Origin: a bacterium
Lineage (GTDB): Bacteria; Patescibacteriota; Minisyncoccia; Phycocordibacterales; UBA9973
Reading direction: 5' to 3'
DNA: 64,000 nt
NCBI GenBank assembly: GCA_021824345.1
Contig: JAKAKW010000011.1
Location: 9,074-73,073, forward strand
The notes under the pieces were generated by a model that did no database searches, was not told where the DNA came from, and was given only the letters and a program-made list of their open reading frames with translations. Of the stretch, positions 56,861 to 64,000 are shown in pieces. The translations under genes were made by a program, and so were the position numbers. The number at the start of each line of letters is the position of its first letter. Within the stretch, counting starts at the first letter, position 1.

Positions 56861-59019
56861 ATCTTTCCTGGGAAAAGATAAACAAGGGACTTTTACTTCT
56901 TGGACTTGTTGCCCTGCTATATAGGGAAGGGAACTTTGCCGGCACGTTTATACCAAAGCCCTTTGAAATAATATTTGTGATCTTGTGTGTTTCCACAGCT
57001 CTTTTCATGTTAAAGGGCTCAAAAATGAAGGATTTTTTCGCATCAATACCGAGAAAAATATTAATTGCCGTATGTGTAATGTTGGGGTCAGTATTTCTGG
57101 GATGGATTTCGGCTTCATTGTCCGGCATGAAGCCCAATTTCAATATGATTTTGGAGCTAGGAACTTTTTTAATCGGAATTGGCATTTTTCTTTTGATTCT
57201 TTTTTATGCTCAGGGGAACAAAGCGTATGCGCGATATTGCTTATATGCCATGCTGGTTCCGGCGATATATGCTTTTTTTATTTTCCTGTATCCCGGCACA
57301 TATCTTGGCATAAATTTAAAAATACATTTCCTGGGTTTTACGATAAATCCGAATACCATTTCAAAGATCTTATTGATCCCGGCAATGTTTTTTGTTTCTT
57401 ATTCATTATTCGAGCATCGGAACAAATGGATAAAGGCTCTGTATATTTTCTTGTCCGCTTCCATGGTTTCTCTAATATTCTGGACGGGGTCAAGAGGGTC
57501 TTTGGTAAGCCTTATAATAGGAATGGGTTTCATTTTAGTCGTATACATATTTCATGAATTCACCTGGAAAAAAATCTTCTTCGGTTCCGGAGTAATCTTA
57601 GCTATACTTATTTTGGGTCAGGGGATGTTGCCCATAGATCGACAGGAGGCATTCGTGCACAGAGTGGTCCTCACTTTTATTCATCAGCCGAATATAGTTT
57701 CCACCTTGCGAGAATATACTACTGGGGTAGTTATATATCAGAATAAAGAGGAAGAATTGGAAGGAACGATTGACATAAAACTCGTTGAGCCTAGGCTCAT
57801 TGCGTGGCCGTTCTATTTGAAATATGTGCTTCTTCATCCCCTTGGCATAGGTCCGGATACGCACAAAGATTTCGGACTTGTAGATAAAAAAGGCAATCCA
57901 ATAAATTCAGGTCCTCATAACACCTATCTTGAAATATGGCTGTGGGGAGGCATACTAGGCATCCTAAGTTTCATATACTTATTGTATTGCGCTTTTAAAA
58001 ACTTAACGGAAAGGATCAAATCTTCCTTCAGCCTGACAAATATTGCGCTACTGGCGATTCTTTTTGCTTTATCCGTATCTATTTTCTTTGATGACAGTCT
58101 TTCATTTTATTGGTTTTTCATAATCTTGGCGTTTGCCTTAATTGAAAAGGAGACTATTGCGGTCAGCATGCATATGGGAAAAGAAGAGCTAGATATTTTT
58201 GCAAAGCTGAGTTGGAACTTCAAAACGGTTTTTGATGTTGGTTCAAGAGACGATATTGATTATTTTAAGATAAAAAACGACTGCGAGTATCATTTGTTCG
58301 AACCTAATACGGAGGCTATTGCCTCAATAAAACGGAAAATTTCGAATTTAGGCGAGCACAATATAATTCTCAATGAATTCGGACTATCAGACGCCGACAA
58401 AGACAACTGCGTTTATTACAAGAACGTTCAGTCATTTATCCCGCATTGGAGTTTAGCCTCTTTTGACACTGGCGAACGTTTTTCTCTGCGTAAAATGGAT
58501 GATTATGTGGAAAATCACGGCATATCCTTCATTGATTTTCTGAAAATAGACGTTGAAGGAATGGATTATCAAGTAATACTCGGGGGCATAAATACTATTA
58601 AGCGGAACAACAAAGTATCTTTTATCCAGCTGGAATGTTCCGGTGGCAGCAGGCAATATATCGAGCTTCTGGATAATTTTGATTTTTACTTAATTATGGA
58701 TCCTAGTCTGCTGAAAGTGATCAATACTTTAAACAGAACAGGCATCGACTTCAACAAGCAATTGATCAAGATGGATGAGGATGTAATAATTTTTTTGGAT
58801 AAGACTATGGCTGAAACTGGCGCCGCGGCTTGTATTTTAGGAGTGAATAAAAACATTGATTTTTCTTTAATAATTCAAGAAAGAAAACTGGCATACAGCA
58901 TAGTTTCCGTGAACAAATCGTACAGTGGAATGGCTCTGGATTATTTTAAGATCTTATACGGTATCAAAAGGCGCTTGCGGAAAATAAGGAAGACGGTCAA
59001 AAATTTCCTCTTTACTTGA
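56857..59019 (+). CDS. Fusion ORF: Wzy_C (O-antigen ligase/polymerase-like) membrane domain plus C-terminal FkbM-family methyltransferase domain
   Basis: About 430 aa with 10 or more TM helices and the Wzy_C region (GSRGSLVSL...SGPHNTYLEIWLWGGILG). From about residue 440, FkbM-type MTase motifs (FDVGSRDDIDYF...FEPN......KIDVEGMDYQVILG). No stop between the two parts. Confidence 0.7.
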   Translation: MNLSWEKINKGLLLLGLVALLYREGNFAGTFIPKPFEIIFVILCVSTALFMLKGSKMKDFFASIPRKILIAVCVMLGSVFLGWISASLSGMKPNFNMILELGTFLIGIGIFLLILFYAQGNKAYARYCLYAMLVPAIYAFFIFLYPGTYLGINLKIHFLGFTINPNTISKILLIPAMFFVSYSLFEHRNKWIKALYIFLSASMVSLIFWTGSRGSLVSLIIGMGFILVVYIFHEFTWKKIFFGSGVILAILILGQGMLPIDRQEAFVHRVVLTFIHQPNIVSTLREYTTGVVIYQNKEEELEGTIDIKLVEPRLIAWPFYLKYVLLHPLGIGPDTHKDFGLVDKKGNPINSGPHNTYLEIWLWGGILGILSFIYLLYCAFKNLTERIKSSFSLTNIALLAILFALSVSIFFDDSLSFYWFFIILAFALIEKETIAVSMHMGKEELDIFAKLSWNFKTVFDVGSRDDIDYFKIKNDCEYHLFEPNTEAIASIKRKISNLGEHNIILNEFGLSDADKDNCVYYKNVQSFIPHWSLASFDTGERFSLRKMDDYVENHGISFIDFLKIDVEGMDYQVILGGINTIKRNNKVSFIQLECSGGSRQYIELLDNFDFYLIMDPSLLKVINTLNRTGIDFNKQLIKMDEDVIIFLDKTMAETGAAACILGVNKNIDFSLIIQERKLAYSIVSVNKSYSGMALDYFKILYGIKRRLRKIRKTVKNFLFT

Positions 59020-60931
59020 AAAGCTTCCGGTATTTATCCTTGTTTTTCAAAACGTAGTCCGGCAAATCTGATTCGTCGGTCCAGTATTTGAATTTTCGGC
59101 CTCGATAATCCACGTTTTTATTCACTCTATCTTCTAAAGTTTCCAGCCAGTCTGCATAGGCTGGGTGCCGCCATTCCGCCATTTTTCTTTTTGCTCCTTC
59201 CACTCCTCCCATAAATCCGAAATGCCATCCGCCATCGTTAACCTCGGCATATCTAGTCTTTTTTCTGGTACGCAGATCATTCAGGCAATTTTCTTTTATA
59301 GTTTTGTATTGAACGGCAATTGTCCCCGTCCAACCGTTTACTTCGTTACAACGATTGTTTAAATAGTAATAGTATGCAAGCTGCTTTGGGCGGATTATCT
59401 CGCTTTTTGAAAAATCGGTAAGCCCTTTTAATTTTATTGGGTTCCATATTTCATCCAAGTCGGACACAAATACCACGTCCGTGTCATTCAGATTAAGCTT
59501 CGCAAGTGCTTTTTTCGCGCTTTCTTTCTGATAGAATTCCCGTACCCAGTAATGCTCTCCGGCGCCTACGTTGCTGTTATTCTTTGCCATTTCAAACAAG
59601 GAAGTGTCTTTAGGAAAATCATTCACCACGTAATAGGTTATCTTGTCTTTCCATTTTGCGAACCGCTCCTTGTGTTTCTCGTATTGCAGTTCATGGGGCA
59701 TTCCGGAAAAAGTTTCCGTGCTCTCCACGATCACGAATTGGTCCACGTAATCGTTCAATATATTAAGCCTGATTTCCAGGAGATCAAGTTCATTGAGCAG
59801 ATAAAACAGGTCGTATACCTTGATCCTTTTCTTATATTCGTCCAGTTCTATTTTTGATACCCAGGCCTTTTGCCTGACTTTTTCTTTTTTCAGTTCAAGG
59901 GAAGTTCTTACGAAGTTTTTTGCGCTCTGCATCTTGTAAATCACCGCCCTGGCGGCCCTTCTGGCGCTTTTCGGAAGCAATTGTTTGGCTTTTGCCTTCA
60001 TGCCTTTTGGGGCCGGCATGAAAACGGGAGCCTGATTTTGATAATAATCTTTATGTCTTTCCATATACGCCTTCAGTTCCTTTAAGCATGTATCATAATC
60101 GTTGAGATTCCCTTCCCGGTCCAGGTAATTCCACCCTTTCGTAATGTTGTATCCCAGGCTCCAGTATCCGTCCGAAACGTTGTGCCTGCCCCAATATTTC
60201 GGTGCAATGCAGAATTTTAGACTCTCGCTAAGCCAGGCGGGAAACCAAGCGAAGCTGGAATTGGACATGATGAGATAATGGGCGTTTTTAACCACGACAT
60301 AATCCTTTGCAATACTGAAATGAAATACCCCGAAATCCGGGAAGAATTTTTTGGCTGTTGAAACATCTTCGGTAATTACAATGAATCGGAAATTCGGATT
60401 GATTTTTCGCATATGCCTTACGGCATCTTCCCAATATTCTTTTCTCAAAAAAAATTCCGGATGCCTGACATACTCTCCGCCCCGGAAATTTATGACGCAG
60501 GTGTTGTCATCGGCGTAGTCATAGCATTCATATTCTTCCTTCACCTGGAGCCATTTTTTTATTTCATCCTTTCGGTGAAAAATATATTGCTCGTCTTGCA
60601 TTAATCCGTCTATTTTTGTGCCATCTTTAATGTTTACCAGATTTTTGTCATATGTTCTGATGTCTGCTCCGGAAAATGGGTGGATGATTTTTCTTTCAGT
60701 GTAATAATACTGCATGCCTTCGGGCAAGGTTTTGGGCGGTCCGCCCTCCGGGCCTTTTCCGCCTGTCACCTTACATCCGAAATCAAGATTCATAAAATTT
60801 CCCGCCTTAAATTTTTCAGGGGATTTGATACCAAAATCATATCCATTATCTAAGGAAAAAACTCTCGTTGCCACATAGCAGGCAAGCTGGTTGCCCAGTC
60901 CTTGGCCGTTGTATAACTCTGTAATTATCAT
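59012..60931 (-). CDS. Two-domain glycosyltransferase: N-terminal GT11-like domain plus C-terminal GT17-like (MGAT3-type) domain
   Basis: N-terminal GQGLGNQLACYV, FRGGEYV, MSNSSFAWFPAWL mirror GT11 motifs I/II/IV. C-terminal FYLLNELDLLEIRLNILNDYVDQFVIVESTETFSG..., TDVVFVSDLDEIW, GGWHFGFMGG, PDYVLKNKDKY parallel Glyco_transf_17 blocks (NHEFDLLDVRF..VVDAFVVCESNFT, DDVFIIDDADEIP, GWHCSWCF, PKYLLKNYDRF, recalled from memory). Confidence 0.7.
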   Translation of the reverse strand: MIITELYNGQGLGNQLACYVATRVFSLDNGYDFGIKSPEKFKAGNFMNLDFGCKVTGGKGPEGGPPKTLPEGMQYYYTERKIIHPFSGADIRTYDKNLVNIKDGTKIDGLMQDEQYIFHRKDEIKKWLQVKEEYECYDYADDNTCVINFRGGEYVRHPEFFLRKEYWEDAVRHMRKINPNFRFIVITEDVSTAKKFFPDFGVFHFSIAKDYVVVKNAHYLIMSNSSFAWFPAWLSESLKFCIAPKYWGRHNVSDGYWSLGYNITKGWNYLDREGNLNDYDTCLKELKAYMERHKDYYQNQAPVFMPAPKGMKAKAKQLLPKSARRAARAVIYKMQSAKNFVRTSLELKKEKVRQKAWVSKIELDEYKKRIKVYDLFYLLNELDLLEIRLNILNDYVDQFVIVESTETFSGMPHELQYEKHKERFAKWKDKITYYVVNDFPKDTSLFEMAKNNSNVGAGEHYWVREFYQKESAKKALAKLNLNDTDVVFVSDLDEIWNPIKLKGLTDFSKSEIIRPKQLAYYYYLNNRCNEVNGWTGTIAVQYKTIKENCLNDLRTRKKTRYAEVNDGGWHFGFMGGVEGAKRKMAEWRHPAYADWLETLEDRVNKNVDYRGRKFKYWTDESDLPDYVLKNKDKYRKLFK

Positions 60932-61554
60932 AAGTAATCCTTCGGGATATAAACTCCTGCCTCTTTAACGTAATCGTCTACATTATTGGGCACCACATCC
61001 GGGCGCGTTCTTTTTGCCAACTCAAACATAGTCTTGCGGCCGGTTCCCAAATACTCCAGCGAGCTGGTTTTTCTGTCCCATTCTTTTACTCTTTTGGCCA
61101 GAAGTTCGGCAATCACATCCACATAATCTCCTTGGGTATATTGATCAATGTAAGCCATAGGGAAAGGGAAAGGATTCGGTTTGAACAACGTGCGCAAAAT
61201 AAGGTGCCGGGGATGCGCCTCTACTATCTCCTCGGCCAGCTTTTTACTTAAAGCGTATACGCTGAACGGATATTTTGCAGACTCGCTGGAAACGTATATG
61301 AAAGGCGTGTTTTTGTAGTGGCTTATCAGATTAAAAGTGCCATAAACGTTTACCATAAAACATTTTTCTTTATCTTCATGCTCGGCCCTGCGCACGTCCG
61401 TGTACGCGCCCGCATGCACAATCAGATCATATTCCGCTTCCGGTATTTTCCCGGTAAAGTCAAAGTCTTCTGTTCCGACATAGTGCCCCGCAAGATGTTT
61501 TTGCAGTTCTTTGCCCAGCCGGCCGGTTCCTCCCGTGATTAATATTTTATTCAT
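60928..61554 (-). CDS. NAD(P)-binding short epimerase/reductase-like protein (RmlD-like)
   Basis: ILITGGTGRLG Rossmann start and a YALSK (YxxxK) motif; 208 aa. Confidence 0.55.
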   Translation of the reverse strand: MNKILITGGTGRLGKELQKHLAGHYVGTEDFDFTGKIPEAEYDLIVHAGAYTDVRRAEHEDKEKCFMVNVYGTFNLISHYKNTPFIYVSSESAKYPFSVYALSKKLAEEIVEAHPRHLILRTLFKPNPFPFPMAYIDQYTQGDYVDVIAELLAKRVKEWDRKTSSLEYLGTGRKTMFELAKRTRPDVVPNNVDDYVKEAGVYIPKDYL

Positions 61555-62233
61555 GATATTTTTTCTTCATATATTTAATTTCTTTCCTTTTTTCCCAAAA
61601 GCCTAAATGTTTGGTTGTCTGGTGCTTTCCAAGCCCGATGATAACGTTTATGTTGTTTAAAACGGTCGGCTCTCCATATTTTTCATAAAGTCTTTGGTAA
61701 TAATCGCAATCCAGCACCCAGGTCAAATTTTCATTAAACCATAAAGGATTTTCATTTGTAATGGCAAGCACCGAAGGGCTCCCTATGGTATTTTCCCCCA
61801 TTTTTAACTTATTATTGAAAGATGGGAAATGCGGTTTCATTATTTTGCCATTTTTTTCACTGTGCGCGCAGGCGGTAACCAACCAATGGCCCTTGAAATT
61901 ATCCACAACCTCCTTTAAAGAATTTTCTCCGCTCAAAAAATCGTCCATATATAATATTTTTATCAATTTTCCGGAGGCGGCCCTTATTGCTTCGTTGGTG
62001 TTTGCCGATATTCCTTTTCTCGGATTCTTGGAGTATTTAATATTTAACGAAGCATATTCCGGCCTCTCGCAGAAATTCTTTATGTCATCATTATCGGAAT
62101 TATCGGAAACTACTACTTCAAAATCTTTGAATGTCTGCTTTTTAAGCATATCAAAGCTCCTGGAGAGCAATTCAATGGCTCTACCATGCGCCTCAAAAGT
62201 CGGTATGCATACGCTTACGGCCGTTGTTCCCAT
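61547..62233 (-). CDS. Family 2 glycosyltransferase
   Basis: VSVCIPTFEAHGRAIELL...FEVVVSDNSDNDD...ILYMDDF: GT2 DxD pattern. Confidence 0.8.
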   Translation of the reverse strand: MGTTAVSVCIPTFEAHGRAIELLSRSFDMLKKQTFKDFEVVVSDNSDNDDIKNFCERPEYASLNIKYSKNPRKGISANTNEAIRAASGKLIKILYMDDFLSGENSLKEVVDNFKGHWLVTACAHSEKNGKIMKPHFPSFNNKLKMGENTIGSPSVLAITNENPLWFNENLTWVLDCDYYQRLYEKYGEPTVLNNINVIIGLGKHQTTKHLGFWEKRKEIKYMKKKYHE

Positions 62234-62291
62234 GAGAAAATATTATCATGTATTTACCTTATATGCATTCGTAGGATATAATTGACGGGTT

Positions 62292-63182
62292 ATGGTCCAA
62301 AAAACTTTACGGGAAAGAATTTCCTACGGCATAAGGTTTAGACTACAGAGCATGTTTTTGAGGTGCTTCGCCATTTTTAATTATTTAAGGTCTAATGGCA
62401 ATGTGTATGATGAACCGTCGGTGTGCGCTTTCTATCAATGCTACAAGAGGCCCAAATGTGTCATTACTGTCCTTGATTCATTCAGGAAGGTATATCCCTC
62501 AGGCACAGTTCATTTGTTTTGCGATCAGGGGGACGATATGAGCCATATAGCCGCGCATTTCAATTGCAAGTATGAGTACATGACCAACAGATCCGGAAAC
62601 GGCACCACGCTTTTTTTCTTATCCAAAGAGCGGTTGATGTCTTATCTGGATAGATTGCTGTATGCCGCGCAAAATTCAAAAGAGGATTTTATGATGATTC
62701 TGGAAGACGACTCTTTGGTTCTTGGGAAAATAAGGAAGCTGAAATTCGATTGGAATTGCATCAAATCAAACCACCATTACAGCGGGGGAGGGGTAACTTC
62801 AATATTAAGGATCCGAAACAAATCCATCCCTTGGTATGTTCGGAATATGTACTTTGCCGGCTGGGGAGGAGTGATGCTCAATAGGGCTTTTTTTGTTGAG
62901 CACTTTTCTGACAAGGAAAAGCTTTCGGATGCGATTGACATATTATCTCCGCAGATACAGATGCAGTGGGAGGGAGCGTTGCCTATGGACGCCATCGTAA
63001 CCGCTCTCATTATTTATTTCGGCGGTACGGTTGGGTGGTATCCGGGTTTTGCCGAAACCCAATATTGGAGATATAAGCTCAGACCTCTCTTTGGAAAGAT
63101 TGACGTTGTGCACAATGCAAAAAGCTTTTACAATTCTCCGATGTCAATAGAAGAAGAAAAAATATTTTATGGCAATCAATGA
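62292..63182 (+). CDS. Hypothetical protein (possible nucleotide-diphospho-sugar transferase)
   Basis: 296-aa ORF in a glycosyltransferase neighbourhood with a DDS motif (ILEDDS); no confident family assignment. Confidence 0.45.
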   Translation: MVQKTLRERISYGIRFRLQSMFLRCFAIFNYLRSNGNVYDEPSVCAFYQCYKRPKCVITVLDSFRKVYPSGTVHLFCDQGDDMSHIAAHFNCKYEYMTNRSGNGTTLFFLSKERLMSYLDRLLYAAQNSKEDFMMILEDDSLVLGKIRKLKFDWNCIKSNHHYSGGGVTSILRIRNKSIPWYVRNMYFAGWGGVMLNRAFFVEHFSDKEKLSDAIDILSPQIQMQWEGALPMDAIVTALIIYFGGTVGWYPGFAETQYWRYKLRPLFGKIDVVHNAKSFYNSPMSIEEEKIFYGNQ

Positions 63183-63850
63183 TAGTCTGTGGTATATTCT
63201 CCATTATTCTTTAAGTCAATCCTTATACGTGCTGCTGCTCTTAAAATACTATATGGAATTTCCTGTTTTTTCACATCTCCTTTTTTCGAATAGTTTAGCA
63301 ATCTTTCCGCTTCTGCCACAAGACGCTTTCTCGTATCTAGATCATCCATGTCTAATGGTTCGTCAGCTGGGCAGTTTATGTATTTGATCTCCGGGTGTTG
63401 TTCTTGAAAAGTGGCCCAAGCCCTGCGCTGGTGAATAGGGCGGGAAACTATGATAATCTGCTTTGGATCTATGCCGTTTTTCCTTATGAAAGGAATAGCT
63501 TCTCTCGCCTCTACTAGAGTGTTATCCGAAATGCTTTCTGTCAAGATGGCCTCAGGAGGCACTTTCAGCTTTTCTAATACTTCTTTGTACTTCTCATTTT
63601 CAGGGACCTCCCAGTCTTTGTTGCTGAATGATCCTTTTGTGGCAATAGCGACTACATGCTCGGAATACCCCTTCTTGTATAGTTCAGCCCCCTTCTCCGC
63701 TGGACCGACGGTAGATCCGCCAAATAGGAAGATTGCATCTGATCTTTCAGGTTTATCTTCTACTTTTAAATACTCAAAGAATGTCTGCATCGCCTTTTTC
63801 AGCTCCTCTTTTTTTTCGCTTTCATTTTTGTTGCTTATTTCTTCATTCAT
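63176..63850 (-). CDS. DUF218 (YdcF/ElyC/SanA-like) protein
   Basis: ...SDAIFLFGGSTVGPAEKGAELYKKGYSEHVVAIATKG...IIIVSRPIHQRRA... matches the DUF218 pattern. Confidence 0.65.
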   Translation of the reverse strand: MNEEISNKNESEKKEELKKAMQTFFEYLKVEDKPERSDAIFLFGGSTVGPAEKGAELYKKGYSEHVVAIATKGSFSNKDWEVPENEKYKEVLEKLKVPPEAILTESISDNTLVEAREAIPFIRKNGIDPKQIIIVSRPIHQRRAWATFQEQHPEIKYINCPADEPLDMDDLDTRKRLVAEAERLLNYSKKGDVKKQEIPYSILRAAARIRIDLKNNGEYTTDYH

Positions 63851-64000
63851 ATTATTTTTGATTTATCAATATTTTTGAAGATCTTTATATTGTAATAATA
63901 ATCGTTTGAAAAATCTCCATATTCATCTATATGTTTGTATATATCCCTGACGATATCCTCTATGCCGTATCTTGGGGCATATTCAAGGACTGATTCGGCT
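63851..64000 (-). CDS. Partial CDS (C-terminal 49 aa; stop TGA overlaps the DUF218 start as ATGA), unknown function
   Basis: Reverse-strand frame ...AESVLEYAPRYGIEDIVRDIYKHIDEYGDFSNDYYYNIKIFKNIDKSKII* runs in from the window edge. Confidence 0.35.

Overview
The window reads as a gene-dense, mostly + strand housekeeping region from a small-genome bacterium. The reduced proteins (RecO 196 aa, RecJ 556 aa, PGK 378 aa), a ComEC split into two ORFs, alpha2-type GlyRS and type-2 IleS, very large surface proteins and O-antigen-ligase+TPR proteins suggest a Patescibacteria/CPR-like organism, but this assignment is a hypothesis only. In order: nusA (partial, -) | AT-rich island with a secreted protein carrying a T9SS-type C-terminal sorting domain | 1.9-kaa glycine-rich/CARDB/FN3-like surface protein | tpiA-pgk | HIT | recJ | rnhA | comEC (competence part) | sodA (-) | comEC (lactamase part) | glyA | SDR | 2 NUDIX | tmk | HigB/HigA-like TA pair | dut | argS | ileS | NUDIX | MBL hydrolase | recO | membrane repeat protein | glyQS | M16 peptidase | AI-2E transporter | metG | tatD | rpsF-ssb-rpsR | efp | (- strand) recA with a LAGLIDADG intein, small membrane protein, ftsK | wHTH-containing hypothetical | Thr/Ser-rich S-layer-like protein with PG-binding domain | Wzy_C+TPR membrane protein | a visibly AT-richer surface-glycan locus from about 49 kb to the window end, listed under Features. 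No rRNA, tRNA or CRISPR array was recognised by eye. Dispersed structure not explained by genes is listed under Findings: two families of GC-rich perfect palindromes, a 66-nt element shared between ileS and an intergenic site, and several structured intergenic elements. ileS carries three separate insertions. One is a roughly 190-aa histidine-phosphatase (PGAM-like) domain. One is a 66-nt element whose second copy sits between 26-bp inverted repeats in the tatD-rpsF spacer. One is a palindromic repeat copy. Other points of note are the split comEC with sodA between its halves, the GT11+GT17 protein, and a possible S-layer O-glycosylation system (Thr-rich surface protein + Wzy_C/TPR + glycan locus).
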